From positions 1-34,691 of the IMG/VR virus record IMGVR_UViG_3300025352_000117: 34,691 nucleotides of DNA. One strand, 5' to 3'. Origin of the DNA: a virus. Taxonomy: Duplodnaviria; Caudoviricetes. The notes beneath the pieces were generated by a model that was not told the origin of the DNA, did no database searches, and saw nothing but the letters and a program-made list of their open reading frames with translations. Below are positions 15,718 to 25,426 of this stretch, piece after piece; the stretch's first letter is position 1, and the number at the start of each line of letters is the position of its first letter. The translations under genes were made by a program, and so were the position numbers.

Positions 15718-17862
15718 ATGGCCTTACAGTTAAGACGCGGATCAGATCCAGATCGCCAGAACATTATACCAGCAGTCGGCGAACTAATATACACTACAGA
15801 TACTAAATTAGTATACGTCGGCGACGGTGTAAGTGCTGGCGGCACTCTTATTGGTGGAGGCGTTGGTGGCGGCACGTCTATCGTAACAGATACAGACCCA
15901 ACACTAGGCGGCGACCTTGACCTAAACACTTACAACGTAATTGGCACTGGTAATATAGATATTACCGGTGACATTGACACTAGCGGTACACTTACATCAT
16001 CGATTGTAAGCACAGATACAATAAGATCTAGCACCGTATCAGCTATATCCCTTGACAATAATTTAAACTTAAACAACAATAACATAGTCGGCATTGGTAA
16101 TATTAACATCGACGGTACTATAACCGCGACTGGAAATATAAGCCTAGGTGATAGCACAGAAGATAACGTTAGTTTAGAAGGTGCAATAAACAGTAATCTA
16201 ACGCCTCAGTCAGATGCTCTTTATAACATCGGTTCGCCGTCTTTTAGATGGGCTACTGGTTATTTTCAGGACATCGACGTTGAAACAATTTCCTCTGCCA
16301 ACCTAAGCATCGACGACTTAACTGTTTCAGGCTCAATAAACAGCAACCTGTCTCCGGGTCAAGACGGCACTTATACACTCGGTACCGAGGACTTTAAATG
16401 GATAGCTGGGTACTTTGATAACGCCCTTGTTACCAACCTATTTACTGACTCAATCTCCGGCGGCTCTATAGATATTGATATGCTGGCTGGATCCGCTGTA
16501 ATTCCAGACTTGCTTGTCGATATTATATACGGCGGTGATAGTTCGGTATTTTACGACTCATTCACAAGCACTTTGACAGTTGGGAGTGTTATTGCAGCAA
16601 GCATTGAAGGTACATTCCAGGGAGAGGTGCTTGCTGACGATTCAACTGTAATCATTGATCCGATATTGAAATCAGTATCTGCAAACGAACTATCTGCGCC
16701 ATTAGTAACTACCGAAGTTATTGAAAGCGAACTTGACGCTTTACGCATACGCTCGTTACTTGCTAACAGTCAGTCTCAAATGGTCGTCGAGATGAAACCG
16801 GCTAGCACAACAGCAGGCGAATTCCTGTCGGCAGCAGACAACTGGGGAAGGCTAGTATTTGAATCGATTAGAGACGGAGGAGATATTGCTAGCGGAGACG
16901 TACTTGGTGTTATTAGCTGGGGCGGGTTACAGACTAGTACGCAAACCGAAGTGGCTAACGCAATGGGCGTACAAGCCGACCCTGCGGGCACCTTAACAAG
17001 TACGCACATTCCGACAAAGTACATTTTCTTGAACCAAGCGGCTGAAGAAGGCAACAATCCTGTTTCTATGTCATTTGACAGCTTAGGACGCCTTGCAGTT
17101 AACCAAGAGAACGCGTCTGCAACGCTTGACGTTAACGGTTATGCTAAGCTAGCAGTACTTGACACTGCTCCGACTTCTCCCCAAAACGGTTCCATTGCAA
17201 TTGCCGACGGAACGGGATGGAATCCATTAGGAACAGGAGTCCAGCAAGTTGTTATCTATCTTGATGGTGTATGGAAGGAGTTCAGTTCAGATAACACAGT
17301 CGACGGAGATCTTACTGGTTCAGTGTTCGGCGACGATAGCGCATTGTTAGTAGATGGTGTAAACGGGCTTATTGTCGGCGAAGTTGATAACGATATTGTC
17401 AGCACAAGTCAGCTTAACCTAAAGCCTTACGCAGACGATGCAGCAAGAGATGCAGCGATTACTACTCCTACAGCAGGACAAGTTGTATTTGTAGCTGATG
17501 CAGACGAATTCCAAGTATACAACGGTACGTTCTGGACTAACGTTAGTGGTACTACTAAAACAGTTGATGATGTTGCAGGTACTACGTACACTGTTGCTGC
17601 AACTGACCTAGGTAAAGTACTAACCTTTAGAGACGCAGGTGTTGTCACAGTTACATTGCCAGACGCTGCTGGTACAGCAATTCCAGTAGGCGGATATGTT
17701 GAAATTGCAAACATGGACGGAACTAATCCTATAACAATTGACGGAACAGCTAGCCAGGTAGTAAGCAAAGCGGCTGGCGCGCCGTCAATACCAGGATTTG
17801 GTAGCGTAAGAGCTGTTAAACTATCTACTTCAGAATGGTTAGTAACTGGAGATACTGCATAA
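15718..17862 (+). CDS. tail fibre / virion structural protein
   Basis: MALQLRRG...GELIYTTDTK.VYVGDG N-terminal fibre module, DTDPTLGGDLDLN motif, G/S/T/D-rich beta repeats, C-terminal TVTLP..PVG...EWLVTGD domain. Confidence 0.8.
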   Translation: MALQLRRGSDPDRQNIIPAVGELIYTTDTKLVYVGDGVSAGGTLIGGGVGGGTSIVTDTDPTLGGDLDLNTYNVIGTGNIDITGDIDTSGTLTSSIVSTDTIRSSTVSAISLDNNLNLNNNNIVGIGNINIDGTITATGNISLGDSTEDNVSLEGAINSNLTPQSDALYNIGSPSFRWATGYFQDIDVETISSANLSIDDLTVSGSINSNLSPGQDGTYTLGTEDFKWIAGYFDNALVTNLFTDSISGGSIDIDMLAGSAVIPDLLVDIIYGGDSSVFYDSFTSTLTVGSVIAASIEGTFQGEVLADDSTVIIDPILKSVSANELSAPLVTTEVIESELDALRIRSLLANSQSQMVVEMKPASTTAGEFLSAADNWGRLVFESIRDGGDIASGDVLGVISWGGLQTSTQTEVANAMGVQADPAGTLTSTHIPTKYIFLNQAAEEGNNPVSMSFDSLGRLAVNQENASATLDVNGYAKLAVLDTAPTSPQNGSIAIADGTGWNPLGTGVQQVVIYLDGVWKEFSSDNTVDGDLTGSVFGDDSALLVDGVNGLIVGEVDNDIVSTSQLNLKPYADDAARDAAITTPTAGQVVFVADADEFQVYNGTFWTNVSGTTKTVDDVAGTTYTVAATDLGKVLTFRDAGVVTVTLPDAAGTAIPVGGYVEIANMDGTNPITIDGTASQVVSKAAGAPSIPGFGSVRAVKLSTSEWLVTGDTA

Positions 17863-17863
17863 T

Positions 17864-18601
17864 ATGTCTTCACATGATCTTATTAACATTGGCAACATTG
17901 CAAACGACGGAACAGGCGATGAGCTCCGTGTTGCATTTAGAAAAATAAACCAAAAGTTTAACGATGTTGATTTTCGTATCGGCGACACCTTTGATGTTGT
18001 CAACGGTGGATCAGGTGAAGGTTTATTTGTAGAACGCATAGAAGACGGCGACAGTGACTCAAGTAACAACGATGTATTGTTTAAAAGTTTACTTGCAGGC
18101 GATAACGTTACTCTTACAGCCACAGGCAATAACGAAATAAGAATAAGCGCACCTACTGCACTTACAACAACTGACTTTGTAACCGACTCAGGCACTTACA
18201 CATTAACTACAGGCAACAACGTTAGGCTACTCGGCGGCGATGGCATTACTACTAGTGTTGTCGGCAACGACATTGTTCTAACTAACGATTTTGTTTCTGA
18301 ATTAGTTGAAGACACTTCGCCGACACTAGGCGGTCAATTAGATGCTGACGGTAATAGTATCATCGGAGTAAATTCTGTAACTGCAACTGATTTTATCGGT
18401 GGCACTTTCCGAGGCAAGTTAATCGGCACTGTTGAGAACGCTAGCACTACTGATATAAACAACTTCTTTACAGATCTTGACTTTGGTGATTTTAACCAAA
18501 ACGTTACTAGTTTTTACGAATACCTTATAGAAGCGGTTGGGGTCGACCTCGGCACTATCAGTAGCCCTATCAATATAAATTTAGACCAAGGCTTGGTTTA
18601 A
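17864..18601 (+). CDS. baseplate/tail-fibre connector-like protein (T4 gp9/gp10-like N-terminus)
   Basis: INIGNIANDGTGDELRVAFRKIN N-terminal motif; DTSPTLGGQLD. Confidence 0.75.
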   Translation: MSSHDLINIGNIANDGTGDELRVAFRKINQKFNDVDFRIGDTFDVVNGGSGEGLFVERIEDGDSDSSNNDVLFKSLLAGDNVTLTATGNNEIRISAPTALTTTDFVTDSGTYTLTTGNNVRLLGGDGITTSVVGNDIVLTNDFVSELVEDTSPTLGGQLDADGNSIIGVNSVTATDFIGGTFRGKLIGTVENASTTDINNFFTDLDFGDFNQNVTSFYEYLIEAVGVDLGTISSPININLDQGLV

Positions 18602-18609
18602 CAAAATCC

Positions 18610-18617
18610 GATAAATA
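18610..18617 (+). promoter_or_regulatory. late-like promoter box
   Basis: GATAAATA followed by an AAGGA SD and ATG 18636. Confidence 0.6.
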
Positions 18618-18635
18618 GCTGTATAAGGAAACTAT

Positions 18636-21044
18636 ATGGCGAATCTTTGGAATCAACCTAACAATTATCTAATAGACATTCTTGCTGAACAAGAAGAAAT
18701 CAGCGGAGGTCTCCCTCTGCCATTAAAAACTACACAGGATGTAACTGTAACACTAATTAGCGGACGTTTGCCAGAAGGTGTAAGTATAGATGGTACTAAT
18801 CTAGTCGGCACACCTGCCGAAGTGCTACAAGAAGAAGAATACATATTTGTACTGCGAGCTGTAAAAAATGGTGAACTACAAGACAGAACGCTTAGATTAA
18901 GAGTAACAGGACCCGACGAACCAGAATGGATTACTGATCCAGGTCTACTCCCTGTAGGCCCAAGAGACCAACTCTTTATACTCGACAACGAAGTAATAGA
19001 CTATCAACTTGTAGTAGAAGATTCTGATCTATTTGCAGGCGACGAACTTATCTTTTATATCGAGCCTGGTAGAGGAGTTCTGCCGCCTGGTATTACACTT
19101 ACTGAAGACGGCAGATTACAAGGTGTAGTTGAACCGTTACTTGCTCTAGATAAAATTGCTAGTAGAGGAGGTTATGACACTGTTGACTACGACACGTATC
19201 CAATGGATTTTGTGATTCCAACTACTAGTGGCTTTGGCAGTTTCTTTTATGATAGTCAACCGTTTGGCTTTGCGTTACCTAATAATCTTCCAAAGAAGCT
19301 AAATCGTTATTACGAATTCGCAGTAACCGTAGCAGACAAAGTTTCAGACCCTGTGCGTAGAACGTTTCAAATCTACGTAGTAGGTGACGATTTCATTAAG
19401 GACTTAAAAGAAGATATAGAAGATGCTGCTTTCGAAGAAGATAGTACAGCCGAAATTGATCCTGATGAACTCGCAGAACAACTTGGTGGGGTTTTTACTG
19501 CTGACTTTACTTTTATTAGAAAGCCTATATGGATTACTCCGCCTAATCTAGGTTTTATTCGTGCAGACAATTACACAACAATCTATTTAGACACTCTAAG
19601 AACTAATACCTTATCTGGCGTAGTTTCATATAGTCTAGAAGACTTTAATCCAGACGGTAGTCTAAGTGAGTTGCCACCTGGAACTGAACTAGATTCAGTC
19701 TCTGGAGAAGTAGTAGGTTATGTTCCTGGGCAACCTGCGGTAACCAGAGAATACAAGTTTACGGTTCTTGCTACTAGGCAATCTGGCGGACTTGAATTTG
19801 GTGAGTTTCCTAGTACTACTAGAACGTTTACCATTAAGACACTAGGTGAAATAGATAGCATCATTACTTGGGTTACTCCAAAGGATTTAGGCACGTTGAG
19901 TGCGGGACTTATTTCAACGTTGCAGGTAAAAGCAAATACAACAGTTCCTGACTCAAGAATGCTGTATACCTTAATCAGCGGATCTTTACCTGAGGGGTTA
20001 CATCTTTCTTATAGAGGGGAACTTATCGGTAAAGCAAGTCCTGATATAACAGGAGACTTTACATTTACTGTAGAAGCAGCGGACAGGTTTAGATTCAGTG
20101 CATCACGAAGAGAATTTACAGTAACGGTAGTTAAACCCGAAGGTGCTGTATATAGTAATCTGTATTTGCAACCGTATCAGCGTCCTGAAAAAAGAAGTGC
20201 GTATAGAAATTTTGTCGGGAACCCAGAAGTTTTTCCTCCAAAAGATATTTATAGGCTAAATGACCCAAACTTTGGTACCCAGACAAGTATTAAGATTCTA
20301 GCCTACGCTGGAATAGAACGCGCAAACGTCGACAAGTACGTTGCTGCCGCAGCAAAAAATCACAAGAGGAAACGCTACAATCTGGGCGATGTTAAACGTG
20401 CTGTTGCAAAACGCCCTGGCACTAACGAAATTGTATACGAATTGATCTACGTCGAAGTTATTGACCCAGCAAATCCTGAATCAGATGAAACCCAGCAAAG
20501 ATTTGGCATTAAAAACAAACAAGGGATAACAGCAGACAGCAGCGCATACGATTCGATGGACGTTCCTTACAATTCGGACTTTGCTAACAGCGAACCTCGT
20601 AGACTGCATAATAAGTTATCTAACAATACTATCAAAGCAGACAACGATGCTGTTGTGATTAATCAGAATAACGACTCTTTAAGATATATCTCAAATATTA
20701 CTAACATGCGCAAAGAGATTGAAAAGATTACTGTACCAGAGACTGTTAACGGTAACACAGAACAAGTCTCTGCTAAAATAGAAAGAGACTATATGCCACT
20801 GTGGATGCGTACTGGTCAAGGCGGGTCGTTGAAGGAACTCGGTTATGTTATGGCCATCCCATTAGTATATTGCAAGTCCGGAAGAGGCGAAGACGTCTTG
20901 CTTAATGTTCAAAATGCCCTGGAAAATGATGAGTTCGATTTTAACAATCTTGACTTAGATCTTGATCGATACGTTCTTAGCGGTAGCTTAAACAATCAAG
21001 AAGACCAATACATACTGTTTGCTAACTATCAGTTTAACGAATAA
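18636..21044 (+). CDS. baseplate/virion protein with putative Ig-like repeats
   Basis: Repeated (S)GxLPxG..L...G...G modules with Y/FxFxV strands and PxWITP linkers; YMPLWMR near the C-terminus. Confidence 0.75.
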   Translation: MANLWNQPNNYLIDILAEQEEISGGLPLPLKTTQDVTVTLISGRLPEGVSIDGTNLVGTPAEVLQEEEYIFVLRAVKNGELQDRTLRLRVTGPDEPEWITDPGLLPVGPRDQLFILDNEVIDYQLVVEDSDLFAGDELIFYIEPGRGVLPPGITLTEDGRLQGVVEPLLALDKIASRGGYDTVDYDTYPMDFVIPTTSGFGSFFYDSQPFGFALPNNLPKKLNRYYEFAVTVADKVSDPVRRTFQIYVVGDDFIKDLKEDIEDAAFEEDSTAEIDPDELAEQLGGVFTADFTFIRKPIWITPPNLGFIRADNYTTIYLDTLRTNTLSGVVSYSLEDFNPDGSLSELPPGTELDSVSGEVVGYVPGQPAVTREYKFTVLATRQSGGLEFGEFPSTTRTFTIKTLGEIDSIITWVTPKDLGTLSAGLISTLQVKANTTVPDSRMLYTLISGSLPEGLHLSYRGELIGKASPDITGDFTFTVEAADRFRFSASRREFTVTVVKPEGAVYSNLYLQPYQRPEKRSAYRNFVGNPEVFPPKDIYRLNDPNFGTQTSIKILAYAGIERANVDKYVAAAAKNHKRKRYNLGDVKRAVAKRPGTNEIVYELIYVEVIDPANPESDETQQRFGIKNKQGITADSSAYDSMDVPYNSDFANSEPRRLHNKLSNNTIKADNDAVVINQNNDSLRYISNITNMRKEIEKITVPETVNGNTEQVSAKIERDYMPLWMRTGQGGSLKELGYVMAIPLVYCKSGRGEDVLLNVQNALENDEFDFNNLDLDLDRYVLSGSLNNQEDQYILFANYQFNE

Positions 21045-21048
21045 TAAC

Positions 21049-21056
21049 GATAAATA
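21049..21056 (+). promoter_or_regulatory. late-like promoter box
   Basis: GATAAATA followed by an AAGGA SD and ATG 21079. Confidence 0.6.
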
Positions 21057-21078
21057 TGTTTAACTTAAAGGAAAAGCA

Positions 21079-22773
21079 ATGTCTAGCAGAATAGAATTTA
21101 TAACCATTGACGAATCGTATCCGGTTGCTGGTCAAGACAACAATAGTCAAGGCTTTAGAGATAATTTCGATATAATCAAAAAGAGCTTGAGCACTGCGAG
21201 CGAAGAAGTATCTGATCTATTAGAAAACTCGGCTCGAAAAGACTCAGAAAACAAGTTTGCAGGAAACACTATCGAAGGGGCAAATCTTAAAAATGTCTCT
21301 TACCAAGTAGCAACAGGCGAAGGCCTAAGAAATATACCAGATACTGACGACGAAGAAAACACCCTCGGTGCTTGGAATCCAAACATTCCGTACGATACCA
21401 ACGACATTGTAGAATACGCTGGTAACACCTACAAAGCAAAGAGAAGTGTTCCTTTAGGCAACCTGCCTACAGATACTAACTTCTGGAGGCTTTATAATCA
21501 GAATCCAGATATCCATTACGTTGACTGTAGAGAAGGTCGTTACTTTGCTTATTCTGTAAACGACGACGTTGACTTGGTCTTTATTAACTGGCCAGGAAGT
21601 ACTGATAACCTTGCTGATAACCAAAACTACGCTAGTATCATAGTAGAGCTAAGACCAGGGGAGCCTGGCGGGGTTCGATTTGCACCTCTTCCTTATGATG
21701 TAAGTTTCTCAACTGCTGGCGAAAACGAAATCAAGAAAGGGCCTAGTTTTGCTTGGCTGCCGCCGGCTAATAACGAGCAGTATAACCCAACTACTCTTTA
21801 TACTAGAATAGGGTCAAGCGACCTTTACGTCGACAGTACTATACCTGATGATATAAAAGTTGACGTCTTTGAATTCTGGTCATACGACGGCGGCAAGACT
21901 GTTTTTGCAAAGCACTTGGGCACATTCGACGTTAACTCGCCACCGTCACAGGGCAGCGGCGGTCTTACTCAAGTTGATTTCTTAAATGACATAGGTGACG
22001 TAGAAGCAACTGGTGCCGAAGAGGGTGATCTGATAATTTTCAAAGAAGGTGATCCGTTTGCTGACCCGCCTACGTTCAATCGTTGGGAAGCTACCACTGA
22101 CGGTGTTAAGTTCAAGGGTAACATACTTGACGACACTGGCGCAGTTATGGTCAATCACAACACCAACATCTTTACTGGCGACCTCGACGGCAGCGTTATT
22201 GGCTCTAGTAGTACGCTCTTAGTCGACGCTGTAAACGACCGTCTAAACGGCGATGTCTATGGCGGACTAGTAGTAGCTGATTATGTCAATCTTAATGCGT
22301 TTGCTACTAATACTGCAAGAGATGATGTTATACCTAGTCCTACAGGCGGCGAAATAGCGTTTGTTGCAGACGCCGGCGGTAACGGTGCAGAATTACAAGG
22401 GTTTGACGGTTCTACATGGGTGAACATGCTAGGTGGCGGTGCCGAAGGTGGCGGTGCCGGCCTAACTATTAGGACTAGAACTGCTAACTTTGACATAAAC
22501 AGCACAAGTCCCGGAGTTTACTATCGAGTAGCAAGCGAGGGTAACGTACTTGTAACAGTGCCACTGGATATAACAGCAAATATTCCTGTTGGCTCAACAG
22601 TTACATTTATACAGACCGGAGCAGGCAGAGTTGTTATTGAGCCGGGCGACGGTGTTACAGTTAACAGTACACAAGGTTTCCTACAAACTCGAACAGTGTA
22701 CAGTGCAATGACTATAACCAAGATAGGCGCTAACGAATGGGACTTATATGGCGACTTGTCAGCCATTGGCTGA
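21079..22773 (+). CDS. tail fibre-like structural protein with CBM5/12-like module
   Basis: N-terminal IDESYPVAGQDNNSQGFRDNF; AWNPNIPYDTNDIVEYAGNTYKA carbohydrate-binding-like motif; C-terminal domain shared with the 15718 protein. Confidence 0.78.
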   Translation: MSSRIEFITIDESYPVAGQDNNSQGFRDNFDIIKKSLSTASEEVSDLLENSARKDSENKFAGNTIEGANLKNVSYQVATGEGLRNIPDTDDEENTLGAWNPNIPYDTNDIVEYAGNTYKAKRSVPLGNLPTDTNFWRLYNQNPDIHYVDCREGRYFAYSVNDDVDLVFINWPGSTDNLADNQNYASIIVELRPGEPGGVRFAPLPYDVSFSTAGENEIKKGPSFAWLPPANNEQYNPTTLYTRIGSSDLYVDSTIPDDIKVDVFEFWSYDGGKTVFAKHLGTFDVNSPPSQGSGGLTQVDFLNDIGDVEATGAEEGDLIIFKEGDPFADPPTFNRWEATTDGVKFKGNILDDTGAVMVNHNTNIFTGDLDGSVIGSSSTLLVDAVNDRLNGDVYGGLVVADYVNLNAFATNTARDDVIPSPTGGEIAFVADAGGNGAELQGFDGSTWVNMLGGGAEGGGAGLTIRTRTANFDINSTSPGVYYRVASEGNVLVTVPLDITANIPVGSTVTFIQTGAGRVVIEPGDGVTVNSTQGFLQTRTVYSAMTITKIGANEWDLYGDLSAIG

Positions 22774-22839
22774 CATCGGCAAGCTGACTGGGAAACATTA
22801 GGTGCCGACCAATATGCAGATAAATCCGTCTCAATTGCA

Positions 22840-23496
22840 ATGGGCGCAGACATGTTTACAGGTACTTTGCCGATATTTAGATTTGCAAACGGAGGCGACT
22901 TTGGCGAAAGCTCTCAATACGGATTTGTTAGCTCAGCCCCACGTGGTATTCCCGAAATAGGCGGCGACACTTGGCAATTTGTAGCTGTCAACGCTGATAA
23001 CAGCCCGCCGTGGATTGCTTGTGCCGGTAGTGCATCTCAAGCGACAGTTGCAGCAGAGTTATTTCTTAGCGTGTTAACAGATGATCAAGGTTATGAGTAC
23101 TGGACTACTGACAGTACGTTTGTTCCAGATCAGATTGTAATATACTTTTCTTTCTCGGATCTTAGTTTTGCAGGAGGAGAGCCAGGAACACAGCCAACTG
23201 ACTTTAACTGGTATCTTTACTTTCAACAGCCGGATAACTTCTCAACACGTGGAGCTCCTGTACAAGTAGCAACCGACATTATTACATTAGATAGAGTATC
23301 TGATGCATCTACTACTTTTGTAAATCCGCCAAGTTATCAAGTCTTCGCTGTAACATTTGACAACCCTGGCGCATTTAACACTTTTGCAGTTGATGTGCCT
23401 TACAGTCTTGAAGTTTGTGTTCATGACCTAAGACTATGCAAAGACGGTGCGTTAATGACATGGCCGCTCAATTCACTAGTAGAGGTACAGGTCTAA
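22840..23496 (+). CDS. hypothetical beta-rich protein, possibly a readthrough extension of 21079..22773
   Basis: Same frame as the upstream gene, open back to its TGA, and no clear SD before ATG 22840. Confidence 0.7.
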   Translation: MGADMFTGTLPIFRFANGGDFGESSQYGFVSSAPRGIPEIGGDTWQFVAVNADNSPPWIACAGSASQATVAAELFLSVLTDDQGYEYWTTDSTFVPDQIVIYFSFSDLSFAGGEPGTQPTDFNWYLYFQQPDNFSTRGAPVQVATDIITLDRVSDASTTFVNPPSYQVFAVTFDNPGAFNTFAVDVPYSLEVCVHDLRLCKDGALMTWPLNSLVEVQV

Positions 23497-23499
23497 AGT

Positions 23500-24072
23500 A
23501 TGAAACGAGGATTAATAATTAGTTTATACTCTTCGGGGCGAGAAAGAGTACAACAAGCACTTGAACTTAGTATTCAACAGGATCTAGTCGAGTTTGATCT
23601 TTTAAGACTAGATCCTGTTGCAACTATATCTGAATTAGCAGAAGGTTATGCAAAAGGATACGACTACGCTCTTAAGAACGGCTACGAGTTTGTAGGGCAC
23701 ATAGACGACGACGACTTAGTAGTCCCTGGTTGTTTTACTTTTCTAATGAAGCTGCTAGATAAAAAACCGAAAGCAGCCGGATTTGCTGGACTTCAATACC
23801 CGATTCGAAGTGAAGTTCCCGATCTCAGTATACAGGAATCTGCACAACTGCTCTTTAACCAACATCATAACCGCTTCCATGGTGTGGCTGTATACAGAAC
23901 TAAAGAGTTGTACCCTACAATCAAAGAATGGAGGCAATATTCTAACCCGATGGGAGATCAACATAGAGCGCTCGCAAGAATGTTGATGGCTGACGGTAAA
24001 ACTCTAGGATTAACAAACTCTATCACTTGTTTCTATCGTTTAAGAGAACAGGACGGAAATTATTACTCTTGA
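23500..24072 (+). CDS. GT-A fold (GT2-like) glycosyltransferase
   Basis: GYDYALKNGYEFVGHIDDDDLV with a DxD motif after a beta strand; AGAGGT SD. Confidence 0.65.
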   Translation: MKRGLIISLYSSGRERVQQALELSIQQDLVEFDLLRLDPVATISELAEGYAKGYDYALKNGYEFVGHIDDDDLVVPGCFTFLMKLLDKKPKAAGFAGLQYPIRSEVPDLSIQESAQLLFNQHHNRFHGVAVYRTKELYPTIKEWRQYSNPMGDQHRALARMLMADGKTLGLTNSITCFYRLREQDGNYYS

Positions 24073-24079
24073 TTGTTGA

Positions 24080-24086
24080 CTAAATA
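24080..24086 (+). promoter_or_regulatory. late-like promoter box
   Basis: CTAAATA upstream of an AGGA SD and ATG 24114. Confidence 0.45.
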
Positions 24087-24113
24087 CAGTTAGAAATCAA
24101 TAGGAATATAAGA

Positions 24114-25424
24114 ATGGCACTTCCGTTAGTAAGAATAGGTATATTAGCATCGTCGAGACCGCCTCCAGTCCAAGACCTCGGTCCGCCGCGCGACATGTTT
24201 TACGTAGCTGAGAACGACCTTGTAAACGGTGGTGGCAACGTCTATAAGTTTACAGGTCCAGACGCTGCGAACATTACTTCTGAGTCGGTATTCACTGTTA
24301 TTGATCTTCCCGGGGTTGCAATAGAATCTATAGTTGCACACGACAATGGGGTATGGGCTGGGTACTCAACTGCTAGTTCTACCACTGAGTTTACTCACAT
24401 CAATCTTGACGGATCGACTAACTCGGCTATCGACGCTGGCTCAGGAGAAATCTCGTTTAGCATTGCTAAAAATGGAAATCTAGCAATACAGTCAGGCAGT
24501 ACGCTTACTATCTGGAATCCCGACGGTACTGAACTATTGTCACAAAACTTGGTTACTAAACTAGGATCAGCTACTAGCTTCACTTTAGCTACTAGCGGCT
24601 CGTCGACCCTTAACGAACCAGAGATATTTAATACATTTTTAGTATTTGGTGTAGCAAGTAGCGAAACTATAAGTGTTTCTGAAATAAACAGTAATGGTGC
24701 TGTATTGCGTACAGTTGAGTTACCAGATATAACGTTCGGGACAAATCGTCTGTATCGTCATAATGTAGATGTTGCTATAGGATTATCAACTGTAGTCGAG
24801 ACTGGCGAAAAAAGCATTACATTTGTTGATCTAAGGAACCAAGAAATATTTACAAGAGCCGGCTTAGAAGATCAGTCTTCGCCTACACCTAGTCTAGATC
24901 CTAATCTCGACGAAGTTAATATCGGATATATCTCATACGATATTACAGACGAAAGTGGTCGTAACACTAAACTAGGAACACTAGCTCGCAATACTTCAGT
25001 AAATTCTATTATACTCGACGGAGGGGACAACAGTACAGTGAAAGACTGGACTGTATATGACGCAGACACTATTTACTGGGTCAACGATTCCGGTGATGCA
25101 CAACGGTACACAATATCAGAAGAAACATCAGAAGAAATTTTAGTAAGTGCGGGTATAAGTGGTTTCAGTACCACGAGTGCGCAAGGACTTGGCAACGTAG
25201 CTGTAGTTGCTAGCGACCTAGATGAAACAAATGAAACTCAAATATACGACTCAGTAGGAAATACTGCGTTAACTGAAATACAGAATATTGGGTTCGGTGA
25301 CAGTAGTACAATTAGATCTACAATTGTTCCGGGCACAATCGATTTTCAATCAGACGAGTCACTAAACATAATAAACTTTGGAGGAGAAATTGGTTTCACT
25401 GACGGTGTATTCCTAGCAAACTAA
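24114..25424 (+). CDS. virion structural protein, beta-rich (possible propeller)
   Basis: 436 aa, S/T/G/N-rich with beta-strand periodicity, located in the tail module. Confidence 0.65.
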   Translation: MALPLVRIGILASSRPPPVQDLGPPRDMFYVAENDLVNGGGNVYKFTGPDAANITSESVFTVIDLPGVAIESIVAHDNGVWAGYSTASSTTEFTHINLDGSTNSAIDAGSGEISFSIAKNGNLAIQSGSTLTIWNPDGTELLSQNLVTKLGSATSFTLATSGSSTLNEPEIFNTFLVFGVASSETISVSEINSNGAVLRTVELPDITFGTNRLYRHNVDVAIGLSTVVETGEKSITFVDLRNQEIFTRAGLEDQSSPTPSLDPNLDEVNIGYISYDITDESGRNTKLGTLARNTSVNSIILDGGDNSTVKDWTVYDADTIYWVNDSGDAQRYTISEETSEEILVSAGISGFSTTSAQGLGNVAVVASDLDETNETQIYDSVGNTALTEIQNIGFGDSSTIRSTIVPGTIDFQSDESLNIINFGGEIGFTDGVFLAN

Positions 25425-25426
25425 AT

